This document shows, piece by piece, positions 15,400 to 25,149 of a DNA stretch of 35,203 nucleotides (position 1 is its first letter; each line of letters opens with the position of its first letter). The position numbers and the translations under genes are program-made. The DNA is from an uncultured Candidatus Saccharibacteria bacterium. GTDB lineage: Bacteria; Patescibacteriota; Doudnabacteria; UBA920. Location of the stretch: contig CAZLQG010000003.1 of NCBI GenBank assembly GCA_964561655.1, forward strand, positions 1 through 35,203. The letters run 5' to 3'. The notes under the pieces are model-generated. The model saw only the letters and a program-made list of their open reading frames with translations. It did not search any database and had not been told where the DNA came from.

Positions 15400-16245
15400 A
15401 TGTCCAGAGAACGACTTACAATTACGCTTAAAGACGAGCTTTTGAAGGCCTTAGACAGCCAGATTGACGGACATCGTTTAAGGAACAGAAGCCACGCGAT
15501 TGAGTACTTTTTGTCCAAAAGCCTTGGGGGAAAACCTGCTAAGGTTTTAATTTTGGCCGGCGGCAAAGCGGTTTATTTTGCGTCCGAAAAAAAGAGCTTG
15601 CCTAAGGCCATGGTCAAAATCGCGGGCAAGCCGCTTTTGGAACAGGTTTTGCTGAAACTCAAGAATTTCAAATTAACCGATGTTTGGATTTCCGTGGGAG
15701 AAGGCGGTGAAACCATTAAACAGCACTTTCAGGATGGCTCGGACTTGGGGCTTAACATCAATTATCTGGATCAACCGAAAGGCTGCAAAGGCACGGCGCA
15801 GGCTTTGCTCCAGGCCAAGGATATTGTGGGCTCGGGCAGTTTTGTTTTGCTTTACGGGGACGTTTTAAGCGACATTGATTTCAATGAATTTTTGGAATTC
15901 CACCGCAACCAGAGGGGGGAAGTCTGCACCATGGCTTTGACAGTGGCCGAAAGCGTTTCCATGTGGGGTTTGGCCCAGCTGAACGGGAGTCGCATAGTGA
16001 GTTTTGAGGAGAAACCCAAAAGCCCGAGAACGTTTTCCAGGCTGGTGAATGCCGGCATCTATGCAATGGAGCCGGAAATTTTTAAATACATAAAATCCGA
16101 TGAAGCCAAGCTGGAAGCTGTCGTGTTTCCGCGCCTGGCGGAAGAGGGTAAGCTGTACGGGTATCCGTTTAAAGGCTTATGGCTGGATATAAGTAATAGC
16201 GCGGCGTATAAGCAGGCGCTAAAAGAAATTTCCAATCTCCAATAG
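15400..16245 (+). CDS. ribbon-helix-helix DNA-binding domain fused to a sugar-phosphate nucleotidyltransferase-like domain
   Basis: RLTITL..L..LD..I....NRSHAIE (CopG/NikR-type RHH), then ILAGG, LPKAM, GTAQAL, YGD, FEEKP, VNAGIY, WLDI. Confidence 0.85.
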   Translation: MSRERLTITLKDELLKALDSQIDGHRLRNRSHAIEYFLSKSLGGKPAKVLILAGGKAVYFASEKKSLPKAMVKIAGKPLLEQVLLKLKNFKLTDVWISVGEGGETIKQHFQDGSDLGLNINYLDQPKGCKGTAQALLQAKDIVGSGSFVLLYGDVLSDIDFNEFLEFHRNQRGEVCTMALTVAESVSMWGLAQLNGSRIVSFEEKPKSPRTFSRLVNAGIYAMEPEIFKYIKSDEAKLEAVVFPRLAEEGKLYGYPFKGLWLDISNSAAYKQALKEISNLQ

Positions 16246-16291
16246 CAAATTTACAAATGTAAATCATTAATAATTTTATTAAGTTACCCTT

Positions 16292-17332
16292 ATGGCTAAG
16301 AAAAAACCCTCCAAAAACAAAAGATTGCGAATCGCGCTTAACGGCCTCGGAAGAGTCGGGAGAATTTTTTTGCGGATTGCCTACAATAACCCGCATTTTG
16401 AGATTGTGGTTGCAAAGAGCAGAAGCCCTCTTGAAACATACGTCCATCTTTTGAAGTATGACTCAGCTTACGGGGTTTGGGAAAAAGAAGTTGCCAAAAA
16501 AAGGAATAATTTGGTAATTGAAGATGTCAGTATTCCGTTTATTCAGGAAGCCAACGGCAATGTAAACTGGAAAAAATTGGGTGTGGATATGCTGATAGAC
16601 GCAACCGGAAGGTATACGCAGCGGGAAAAGGCAGAAGAGCATATTGCCGCGGGCGCAAAGTATGTAGTGGCAACCGCGCCAATGAAAGAGGAGGACGCGA
16701 TTTTGGTTTATGGCATAAATCATAAGACTTTTGATCCCGAAAAACACAGGATAGTTTCCGCTGGCAGCTGCACCACGGTTTGTAGTACGCTTACGGCCAA
16801 AGTTTTGGAAGAAAATTTTGGTATCCGCCAAGGTTTTATTAACACCGTGCACGCGGTGACCAACGACCAGCAGCTTTTGGATGCTTCGCACAAGGATTTA
16901 AGAAGGGCGCGCGCCGCCGGCCAATCTATAATTCCGACTTCCACGGGCGTTTCTAAAACTATTACTAAGTTGTATCCGCATCTTAAAGGGAAAATTGCGG
17001 CTTTGTCCCTGCGCGTGCCGGTACTTAACCCTTCGGTTGTGGTTTTTACGGTGGAACTTAAAAAGAAAACCACGGCCCAGGCGTTAAATAACGCGTTCAA
17101 AAAAGCCTCGCAAGGCGAGCTTAAAAATCATTTAGATGTTTCGGATTTGCCGCTTGTTTCCACGGACTTTAAAGGCAATCCCAACGGTGCCATTATTGAT
17201 TTAGTGAGCACCGAAGTGGTAGATGGAAAACTTGCTAATATCCTTGCTTGGTACGACAACGAATGGGGTTATGTCCAGCAGATGGTTTATCTGCTGGAAT
17301 ATATGGCGAAAAAAATCAGCGTTAAGTCCTAA
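16292..17332 (+). CDS. gap: type I glyceraldehyde-3-phosphate dehydrogenase (divergent)
   Basis: NGLGRVGR, SCTT catalytic Cys, TVHA, DLRRARAA, IPTSTG, RVP, WYDNEWGY. Confidence 0.92.
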   Translation: MAKKKPSKNKRLRIALNGLGRVGRIFLRIAYNNPHFEIVVAKSRSPLETYVHLLKYDSAYGVWEKEVAKKRNNLVIEDVSIPFIQEANGNVNWKKLGVDMLIDATGRYTQREKAEEHIAAGAKYVVATAPMKEEDAILVYGINHKTFDPEKHRIVSAGSCTTVCSTLTAKVLEENFGIRQGFINTVHAVTNDQQLLDASHKDLRRARAAGQSIIPTSTGVSKTITKLYPHLKGKIAALSLRVPVLNPSVVVFTVELKKKTTAQALNNAFKKASQGELKNHLDVSDLPLVSTDFKGNPNGAIIDLVSTEVVDGKLANILAWYDNEWGYVQQMVYLLEYMAKKISVKS

Positions 17333-17377
17333 GTGTTTAGCGCTCTATAAGAAAAGCTCTCCAATATGCTGGGAAGT

Positions 17378-18172
17378 TTATTTGATAATTTTTAACAGTT
17401 CTTTGTGAATTTTGCCGTTGGAGGCAATTACCCCTTGGCTTTTGGGAGAAAGCGGCTTGCCGGCAAGGTCGGTTACTGTGCCGCCCGCTTCGGCGACTAC
17501 TAAAATAGCGGCAGCAAAATCCCAAATATGCAAATCCCTGGTAACATAAAAGTCTAAAATACTGTTTCCGACCATACTGGTTTGCAGAGCCGTAGAGGCC
17601 AGTCCCCTGACTTTGCGGCAAACGTGGATGATTTTGGCAAAAAGCTTCACACCATGCTCTCTTTCCACCCAGCCGATGCAGCCAAAAGCTTCTTTTAATC
17701 TTTTAGTGCCGGAGACTTTGATTTTTTTGCCGTTTAAAAACGCGCCTTTGCCCCGGACGGCGGTGTACATATCTTTGAGGATCGGGTTATATATCACTCC
17801 TATTAAAGGACCTTTGCCGTCCCACAAAGCTATGGAAATACAGGCCAAAGGCAGGCCCTGGATATAATTGGAAGTGCCGTCAATTGGGTCAATATACCAG
17901 CGCAAAGCGCCTAAAGCACGATTTTCGCGCCAGCCCATTTCCTCGCCCATGATGCAATGCGCTGGGAAAGCTTTATGGATTTGGTTTTTAATTAACTTCT
18001 CAATCTTCAAGTCTATTTCAGTCACAAGATTTCTCGGATCGCCACCCTTTTTTTTGACATCTTTAGGCTTGCCAAAATTTTTGGTGAAGATCTTACCGGC
18101 CTCATTAGCCGCGGAAACGGCCACTTTGAGATATTTTCCTTGGTTGGTCATCCCGTTAGAAATTTTAGTCAT
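17378..18172 (-). CDS. inositol monophosphatase / FBPase family (SuhB-like); start may be 18151
   Basis: VTEID, GEE, WYIDPIDGTSNY, WDFAAA..EAGG motifs. Confidence 0.9.
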   Translation of the reverse strand: MTKISNGMTNQGKYLKVAVSAANEAGKIFTKNFGKPKDVKKKGGDPRNLVTEIDLKIEKLIKNQIHKAFPAHCIMGEEMGWRENRALGALRWYIDPIDGTSNYIQGLPLACISIALWDGKGPLIGVIYNPILKDMYTAVRGKGAFLNGKKIKVSGTKRLKEAFGCIGWVEREHGVKLFAKIIHVCRKVRGLASTALQTSMVGNSILDFYVTRDLHIWDFAAAILVVAEAGGTVTDLAGKPLSPKSQGVIASNGKIHKELLKIIK

Positions 18173-18231
18173 AGAATATTATTATATAAAGACATTATTA
18201 ATTTCCGGTAATCCTCGTTATTTCTAACGGG
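18152..18231. repeat. inverted-repeat element (CCCGTTAGAAAT family)
   Basis: Perfect 12-bp IR CCCGTTAGAAAT (18152-18163) / ATTTCTAACGGG (18220-18231). Confidence 0.75.
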
Positions 18232-18279
18232 GTAAATATAAGCTTATTATACAGAAAAAAATGTTATAATACCATAGTT

Positions 18280-19545
18280 ATGCGCATTATTGCAGATTTT
18301 CATATTCATTCAAAATATTCCAGGGCATGCAGTCAGGAGCTCACTCCAAAAAACATTGGTCTTTGGGCAGACAAAAAGGGTATTCAGGTAATTTCAACTG
18401 CAGACTTTACCCATCCGAAATGGTTAATTGAACTCAAAGAAAATTTGGAAGAGGTAAAGCCAGGATTATATCAGCTGCGTGATAAGAGCGCGGGTGCTTA
18501 TTTTTTTTGTTCTTTAGAAATTTCTTCTATTTATAAACAAGGAGACAAAATTAGAAGAATACACAATGTTATTTTCGCCCCAAATTTTGAAGCGGTTGAG
18601 AGAATCATAAGTAGCTTGAAAAAAGCCGGGGCGAACCTGTCGGCAGATGGCAGGCCAATCACCGGCATTCATTGCGATGATTTGGTAAAAATAGTTAAAG
18701 AAGCATCGCAGGCAGCCGAGGTAATTCCGGCCCATGCCTGGACGCCGCATTTCGGAGTATTCGGTTCTTTGTCGGGTTTTGACAGCGTGGAGGAAGCGTT
18801 TGGCGACCAATCCAAACATATCTTTGCCATTGAAACGGGTTTGTCTTCTGACCCAAAAATGAACTGGCAGATATCAAGCTTAGATAAATACACTTTGGTT
18901 TCAAATAGCGACGCTCACAGTTTGCGCAAAATCGGGCGCGAAGCCAATGCGTTTGAAATAGATCCAGAGAAACTATCTTACGCGGAAATTATTCGTATCA
19001 TTAAGGACAATGACCCGAAAGAATTTTTATACACCATTGAGTTTTTTCCGGAGGAAGGAAAATATCATTTGGACGGCCACAGGGACTGCAAGTTTTCCTG
19101 TGAACCTTCCAAGACCAAAAAACTTGGCGGAATTTGTCCAGTCTGTGGCAAGAAGCTTTTGGTTGGCGTATTAAACCGGGTGGACGAACTTTCCGATCGT
19201 GAATACGGCTTTGAGCCGCAAAGCCGGGTGCCTTATAAAAGTGTTATTCCCTTAGAGGAAATTATCGCGGAAACTTTGGACGTGGGCGTGGCAAGCAAAA
19301 AAGTTTCTGGTTTTTATGAGCGGATGACAAGCCAGCGTCCGGAATTCGACATTTTATTGGATTTAGACAAAGATCAAATATCTAAAATCAGCAATCCTCA
19401 AATCGCGGAGTCAGTCATCCGCGTCAGAGAAGGCAGGGTCGCCTTAGAAGGCGGCTATGATGGAGTTTTTGGCAAAATCAAGATATACTCCGAAGAGGAG
19501 AGGGAAAAACTGTTTAGTAAACCAAAACAGGAGAGTTTGTTTTAA
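18280..19545 (+). CDS. endonuclease Q family protein (PHP domain + Zn finger)
   Basis: DFHIHSKYSRA, PAHAWTP, ETGLSSD, NSDAHS, GKYHLDGHRDC..CPVCGK, GYDGVFG. Confidence 0.9.
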   Translation: MRIIADFHIHSKYSRACSQELTPKNIGLWADKKGIQVISTADFTHPKWLIELKENLEEVKPGLYQLRDKSAGAYFFCSLEISSIYKQGDKIRRIHNVIFAPNFEAVERIISSLKKAGANLSADGRPITGIHCDDLVKIVKEASQAAEVIPAHAWTPHFGVFGSLSGFDSVEEAFGDQSKHIFAIETGLSSDPKMNWQISSLDKYTLVSNSDAHSLRKIGREANAFEIDPEKLSYAEIIRIIKDNDPKEFLYTIEFFPEEGKYHLDGHRDCKFSCEPSKTKKLGGICPVCGKKLLVGVLNRVDELSDREYGFEPQSRVPYKSVIPLEEIIAETLDVGVASKKVSGFYERMTSQRPEFDILLDLDKDQISKISNPQIAESVIRVREGRVALEGGYDGVFGKIKIYSEEEREKLFSKPKQESLF

Positions 19546-19546
19546 A

Positions 19547-20200
19547 ATGGAAAAAGACAAGAACTTAACCACGTTTTATTTAGTAAGGCATGGGGAGACG
19601 AAATTTAATATTAAAAAGATACTTCAAGGGCAAACCGACTCGCCTTTAACCGAAACGGGCCGAATGATGACACAGGAGCTGTCGCAGGATTTGGCCAATA
19701 TTCGGTTTGATGCGATATTTTCTTCGGATCTTGCTAGGGCGAAAAATACCGCGGAGATCATCAGGCTAAACAGGAAGCTAGCAATTAATACCCATAAACT
19801 TTTAAGGGAGAGGAGTTTTGGCTGCTGGGATGGGACTTCAGCGAAAATTTTTAGGGAAAAGAATAAGGTCTTACTGGATAAAATGGAAAGTCTGTCAGAA
19901 AAAGAGAAAATAAATTTTCGACTGTATGATGGCTATGAAACAGAGGCCGAAATTGCCGCTAGGATGATTACCGTTTTAAGGGAAATCGCTGTTACTTATG
20001 TTGGCAAAACGGTTTTAGTGGTGAGCCACGGGGCGATTATGAGATCGTTATTGGTCCATTTGGGTTTTGGGAGTTACGATGAACTGCCAAGAGGGAAAAC
20101 AGTTTCTAATTTAGGGTATATTGTTTTGGAATCTGACGGAGTGGATTTTTTTATAAAAAATACCATCGGAATAAATAAATTAACTCAAGTAGCGAAATGA
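19547..20200 (+). CDS. histidine phosphatase / phosphoglycerate mutase family
   Basis: LVRHGET, SSDL.RA, LRERSFG, VSHG. Confidence 0.9.
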   Translation: MEKDKNLTTFYLVRHGETKFNIKKILQGQTDSPLTETGRMMTQELSQDLANIRFDAIFSSDLARAKNTAEIIRLNRKLAINTHKLLRERSFGCWDGTSAKIFREKNKVLLDKMESLSEKEKINFRLYDGYETEAEIAARMITVLREIAVTYVGKTVLVVSHGAIMRSLLVHLGFGSYDELPRGKTVSNLGYIVLESDGVDFFIKNTIGINKLTQVAK

Positions 20201-21588
20201 AAAGAACCAAAATTGTTTGTACATTGGGACCGGCGTCGGAGTCTATCAAGATTTTGACCGAAATGGCTCGGGTGGGGATGAACGTGGCAAGGTTAAATTT
20301 TTCGCACGGCGACCATGAAAATCACGGACTTTTAATTAGGCGCATCCGTCAGGTATCCAAAAAACTGGATAAGCCAATCGCGATTGTACAGGACTTGCAC
20401 GGGCCAAAAATTAGGGTTAGTGGCTTAAAAGATTCTTTGACCGTGCAAGTAGGGCAGGAAATAGTAATTGGCAAAGATTTTAAGCTGGATATTAAAGTCG
20501 CGCATTCCATTTGCGCGGGACAGCAAATTTTAATAGAAGACGGGCTGATTGAGTTGGAAGTAAAAAGCGTTCGCGGCAGCAAAATCCACTGCATCGCTTT
20601 AAGCCCCGGGAAAATCAGGAACCACAAAGGTGTGAACCTGCCGAGAACCAAGTTGAAAATCCCCATACTTACTAAAAAAGATATAGAAGATTTAAAATTT
20701 GGCCTTAGGCAGGATGTGGACTACGTGGCTTTGTCTTTTGTGCGCACCCGGCAGGACGTAAAAAATCTTAAAAAATTAATAAACAGACATAACCCTAAAA
20801 AGTTCAGCGCCCCTAAAATAATCGCCAAAATTGAAAAGCCCGAAGCGGTAAAGAATTTTGACGGCATCTTAAAAGAATCGGACGCGATTATGGTGGCAAG
20901 GGGCGACCTTGGCGTGGAGATGCCGGAATCGCAGGTTCCCATCATCCAAAAGCAGATTATAGACAAATGTCTTAAAGCGGCAAAGCCCGTGATTGTGGCA
21001 ACGCAGATGTTGGATTCCATGATTAAAAATTCCAAGCCCACCAGGGCGGAAGTTTCGGATGTGGCCAACGCCGTTATTGACCAGACGGACGCTGTAATGC
21101 TTTCGGGCGAGACCGCTTTTGGCAACTATCCCGTTAAAGTGGTAAGCGAAATGAATAAAATTATTGAAGTTACGGAAAAGTCCAAGTTTTTGCCCGAGCA
21201 CCGGCATTTGCTTAATAAAGTCGTTAGCAGGACTGAAGCGATTGCTGAAAGCGTTTACGATTTGGCTATGCACGTAAAAGCCAAAGTCATTGTCGGGGCA
21301 ACAACCAGCGGCTTTACCGCGCGCGAGGTTTCCCACAAGCGTCCTTATTTGGTAAAACTTGTAATGCTCACTCCCAATGAAAAAGTTTTAAGGCAGCTTT
21401 CTTTGCTTTGGGGAGTAGAAAGTTTTCTGGTTTCTAAGGTCAAAAGTTTTGAAAAGCTGATGGGTATAATGATGGGAATAATCAAGCAAAAAAAATTGGC
21501 TAAAAGAGGCGAAAAAGTTATAATGGTGACAGGCGAGCCTTTGGGGCAAAGGGAGAATTTGAATCTAGTGGAAATAAAAACAGTGTAA
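20197..21588 (+). CDS. pyk: pyruvate kinase
   Basis: TKIVCTLGP, RLNFSHG, KGVNLP, AKIE, MVARGDLGVE, ATQMLDSM, MLSGET. Confidence 0.97.
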   Translation: MKRTKIVCTLGPASESIKILTEMARVGMNVARLNFSHGDHENHGLLIRRIRQVSKKLDKPIAIVQDLHGPKIRVSGLKDSLTVQVGQEIVIGKDFKLDIKVAHSICAGQQILIEDGLIELEVKSVRGSKIHCIALSPGKIRNHKGVNLPRTKLKIPILTKKDIEDLKFGLRQDVDYVALSFVRTRQDVKNLKKLINRHNPKKFSAPKIIAKIEKPEAVKNFDGILKESDAIMVARGDLGVEMPESQVPIIQKQIIDKCLKAAKPVIVATQMLDSMIKNSKPTRAEVSDVANAVIDQTDAVMLSGETAFGNYPVKVVSEMNKIIEVTEKSKFLPEHRHLLNKVVSRTEAIAESVYDLAMHVKAKVIVGATTSGFTAREVSHKRPYLVKLVMLTPNEKVLRQLSLLWGVESFLVSKVKSFEKLMGIMMGIIKQKKLAKRGEKVIMVTGEPLGQRENLNLVEIKTV

Positions 21589-21662
21589 ATTTACAGATTC
21601 ACTGATAGCACAGATAACACGGATGTTTAAAATCAATATAAATAATTAATTATTTTGTTAAA

Positions 21663-24134
21663 ATGTCACAAAAGGACAAAGTACATATTTTATGGTTTGA
21701 CGAAGTCGGCAAAAACGACGTCGGCTTGGTAGGAGGTAAGAACGCTAATTTGGGTGAGATGTATCAGAATTTGACCCAAACGGAAAGCAAAATTTTTAAA
21801 GGCGAAAAAATTAAAGTGCCCTACGGTTTTGCCGTTACTGCCGCGGCTTACAGGGATTTTGTAAAAGAAAATGGTTTGGATGCCAAAATTAAAGAGATTT
21901 TGGCGGATCTGGATACGCACAATATTAAACAATTGGAAGAAAAGGGGCACAAGGTAAGGCAGGCGATTTTGGAAGCGGAGTTTCCAAAAGAGATGGAAGA
22001 CGAGATAGAAAAAGCCTATCAAGAGATGGCGAAAAAAATGAACCTAACGCCGGAAACTTTGGACGTGGCTGTCCGTTCTTCCGCTACAGCCGAAGATTTG
22101 CCGGACGCTTCCTTTGCCGGCCAGCAGGAGACTTATTTAAATATCCGCGGTGAGCACGAACTTTTAGAGGCCGTAAAAAAAGCTTTTGCTTCTTTGTTTA
22201 CTAACCGTGCGATTTCCTATCGCCAGGATAAAGATTTTGACCATTTTGAAGTGGCTTTGTCCGTTGCAGTGCAAAAAATGGTGCGCAGCGATCTCGGCAG
22301 CAGCGGCGTAATGTTTACTATAGACACCGAAAGCGGCTTTAAGGAAATGGTTTTGATAAACGCTTCCTGGGGCTTGGGAGAATTCGTGGTAAAGGGCGTG
22401 GTTACGCCGGATGAATACAAAGTTTTTAAACCGACTTTGAAGAAAGGTTTTAAATCCATTATCAGCACAAAGCTGGGAACCAAGGAGAAAAAACTGATTT
22501 ACGCGGCAGAAGGCGTAAGCCCCACCAAGGAAGTTCCGGTTTCAGAAATTGACCGACATAAATTTGTTTTGTCAGAAGATCAAATCTTGCAGCTCGCTAA
22601 GTGGGGAGCGATTATTGAGGATCATTATCAAAGACCAATGGATATAGAGTGGGCGGTGGACGGCGAAACAGGCGAACTTTATATTGTCCAGGCCCGGCCG
22701 GAAACCGTGCACGCTTCGGACACTGGCAAAGTTTTGGAAGAATTCGTGCTGGAAGAAAAAGGCGGGAAAGTCTTAACCCAAGGGGCTGCGGTGGGCGCGA
22801 AAATTGGGGCGGGCAAAGCGCATTTTATTAAAGACGCCTCCCAAATAAGCGAATTTCAAAAAGGCGAGGTTTTGGTTACGGACATTACCGACCCGGACTG
22901 GGAGCCAATTATGAAGATTGCTTCCGCGATCGTTACTAATTCTGGAGGAAGAACCTCCCACGCCGCGATCGTGAGCCGTGAACTTGGAATTCCCGCCATT
23001 GTAGGCTGCGGCAACGCTACGCAGGTGATTAAAAGCGGTCAGGAAGTTACCGCGTCCTGCGCCGAAGGGGAAGTCGGCAAGATCTATGAAGGGCTTTTGA
23101 AATTTAAGGTTATCAAGCATGATTTAGCCCATTTTCAGCCCCCAAAAACTGAGATTAAAATGATTGCGGCAAATCCTGAACTGGCCTTTAGCCACGCCAA
23201 TATGCCTAATAAAGGAGTGGGGCTGGCGCGTGAGGAGTTTATTATTTCCAATTACATAAAGATTCACCCTAACGCTTTAATTAATTACGAAAAGCTGGAT
23301 GATAAAGAGGTTAAGAAGCAAATAGACGAACTCACGATTGGCTATGAAAACAAGGTTGAATTTTTTGTGGATAAACTCGCTTATGGAATCGCCCAGCTGG
23401 CGGCAGCGTTTTATCCTCATGATGTGCTTTTGCGGTTTAGTGATTTTAAGAGCAATGAGTATGCGAATTTAATCGGCGGGAAACTTTATGAGCCGGAAGA
23501 GGAAAACCCGATGATCGGCTGGAGGGGAGCCAGCAGATATTACGACGAAAATTTTGAAAAGGCATTTTCTTTAGAAGTGGAAGCGGTTAAGAAAGTCCGC
23601 GAGGAAATAGGGCTTTGGAATTTAAGCGTGATGATTCCGTTTTGCAGGACGCCGGAAGAAGGCAAAAAAGTTATTGAAAAAATTGAACAGTACGGGCTTA
23701 CGAACCGTATTTCCCGGGACCAGCTGAAAAAGAAAAAGAACGGGGATCTGGTTGAACCAATGGAAATTTGGACTATGGCGGAAATACCTTCCAATATTTT
23801 ACAGGTGGACGAATTTGCGGAAATTTTTGACGGCTTTTCAATTGGTTCAAACGATTTAACCCAGCTGACTTTAGGTCTTGACCGCGATAGTAAATTAATT
23901 GCCCACATAGGGGACGAGCGGAATAACTCCGTTAAAAAACTCATCCAAATTTTGATTAAAGAAGCTCACGCTCGGCACTTGAAAGTCGGCATTTGCGGAC
24001 AGGGGCCTTCGGATTTTCCGGACTTTGCCGAATTTTTGGTTAAAGAAGGGATTGATTCCATTTCCATCAACCCTGACACGGTAATGAAAGCAAACGTGAA
24101 CATTAAGGAAGTGGAAGAGAGATTGGGGAAGTAG
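21663..24134 (+). CDS. ppsA: phosphoenolpyruvate synthase
   Basis: VGGKNANLGEM, VRSSATAEDLPDASFAGQQET, GGRTSHAAIVSRE, SIGSNDLTQ, GICGQ. Confidence 0.97.
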   Translation: MSQKDKVHILWFDEVGKNDVGLVGGKNANLGEMYQNLTQTESKIFKGEKIKVPYGFAVTAAAYRDFVKENGLDAKIKEILADLDTHNIKQLEEKGHKVRQAILEAEFPKEMEDEIEKAYQEMAKKMNLTPETLDVAVRSSATAEDLPDASFAGQQETYLNIRGEHELLEAVKKAFASLFTNRAISYRQDKDFDHFEVALSVAVQKMVRSDLGSSGVMFTIDTESGFKEMVLINASWGLGEFVVKGVVTPDEYKVFKPTLKKGFKSIISTKLGTKEKKLIYAAEGVSPTKEVPVSEIDRHKFVLSEDQILQLAKWGAIIEDHYQRPMDIEWAVDGETGELYIVQARPETVHASDTGKVLEEFVLEEKGGKVLTQGAAVGAKIGAGKAHFIKDASQISEFQKGEVLVTDITDPDWEPIMKIASAIVTNSGGRTSHAAIVSRELGIPAIVGCGNATQVIKSGQEVTASCAEGEVGKIYEGLLKFKVIKHDLAHFQPPKTEIKMIAANPELAFSHANMPNKGVGLAREEFIISNYIKIHPNALINYEKLDDKEVKKQIDELTIGYENKVEFFVDKLAYGIAQLAAAFYPHDVLLRFSDFKSNEYANLIGGKLYEPEEENPMIGWRGASRYYDENFEKAFSLEVEAVKKVREEIGLWNLSVMIPFCRTPEEGKKVIEKIEQYGLTNRISRDQLKKKKNGDLVEPMEIWTMAEIPSNILQVDEFAEIFDGFSIGSNDLTQLTLGLDRDSKLIAHIGDERNNSVKKLIQILIKEAHARHLKVGICGQGPSDFPDFAEFLVKEGIDSISINPDTVMKANVNIKEVEERLGK

Positions 24135-24179
24135 ACAAACATTTTGACAGACAAACATTCAAGCATCTATAACATGGCA

Positions 24180-24214
24180 TTCAAAGGCTCAAGCCGCGTG
24201 CTTGAGCCTTTGAA
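24180..24214. terminator. perfect 15-bp hairpin after ppsA
   Basis: TTCAAAGGCTCAAGC-CGCGT-GCTTGAGCCTTTGAA. Confidence 0.7.
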
Positions 24215-24283
24215 ATAGGAACATCTGGGCTTGAGTTTTGGCGCATTTTTTGCTAGATTGATTTAAGCCATTAGATATTTTTT

Positions 24284-24375
24284 GGAAGGATCGCATAGTG
24301 GTCTAGTGCGGCTGCTTGGAGAGCAGCTAACGGGGTCAAACCCGTTCGAGGGTTCGAATCCCTCTCCTTCCGCCA
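24284..24375 (+). tRNA. tRNA-Ser (GGA)
   Basis: Acceptor GGAAGGA/TCCTTCC, anticodon arm GCTGC-TTGGAGA-GCAGC, long variable arm, GGTTCGAATCC, encoded G-CCA. Confidence 0.96.
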
Positions 24376-24404
24376 AAAAATCCGTGATAGTTTACGGATT
24401 TTTT
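24375..24404 (+). terminator. terminator after tRNA-Ser
   Basis: AAAAAATCCGTGA-TAG-TTTACGGATTTTTT. Confidence 0.75.
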
Positions 24405-24498
24405 GATGCCAAAACAAAGGATGTTTTAAGGTTGCCAGCGGGGGTGTTTTACTGGTAAAATTAATAGGCAACGCCTTTATCTTTAAGCTTTTTTATTT

Positions 24499-25086
24499 AT
24501 GAGTTTTCTTTCTCCCAAAGTTTTGCGGGCTGTAGAATTTGCCGCAGTTGCGCACGACCATCAATATAGGAAATTTCCGGCGAAAGTACCCTATCTTTCC
24601 CACATAGCGGCAGTGGTTTTAATTTTGTGCAAGTCAGGTTTTGACAAGGATGTTTTAGCGGCTGGGGCTTTGCACGATGTTTTGGAAGATACCAAATTGT
24701 CCAGAGCAGAGATAGAGCAAAATTTTGGAAAGAAAGTTTTGGAATTGGTAGAGGCCGTGACGGAGCGCAAGAGCATGCCTTGGAAGGAACGTAAAGAGGA
24801 ATATTTAAAACGTTTGCAGACTGCCAGTGAGGAAGCAAAAGCCATTTCGGGCGCCGACCTTTTGGCTAACCGCGCCAGCAATTTGGCGGGGCTAAAAAAA
24901 GGAATCAATCCCTGGGTTAAATTTGCGGACCAGGAAGCCCCCAAAGACCACGCGAAGAAAATCTTTGACATAGACAGACAAAGGTTTGAAATAATCAAAC
25001 AGGGTATCAATATCCCTTTCGTTCCTGAATTGGAAAACGTGATGAAGGAAGTGGAAGAACTTAGTTGGAAACTACTTGGGCAGTAG
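24499..25086 (+). CDS. stand-alone RelA/SpoT-type HD hydrolase (small alarmone hydrolase-like)
   Basis: AH..QYRK...PYLSH, ALHDVLEDT, V..VTE, AD..AN. Confidence 0.85.
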   Translation: MSFLSPKVLRAVEFAAVAHDHQYRKFPAKVPYLSHIAAVVLILCKSGFDKDVLAAGALHDVLEDTKLSRAEIEQNFGKKVLELVEAVTERKSMPWKERKEEYLKRLQTASEEAKAISGADLLANRASNLAGLKKGINPWVKFADQEAPKDHAKKIFDIDRQRFEIIKQGINIPFVPELENVMKEVEELSWKLLGQ

Positions 25087-25149
25087 ATTTGTATTGGCTT
25101 AATTTTTTTACAGGATTTGATTAAGTTGCTAAGCATTTGTTGCTGCCAT

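Noticed and set aside
24284-25086. Integrated element at tRNA-Ser
   Set aside because: No integrase and no duplicated tRNA 3' end seen in the window
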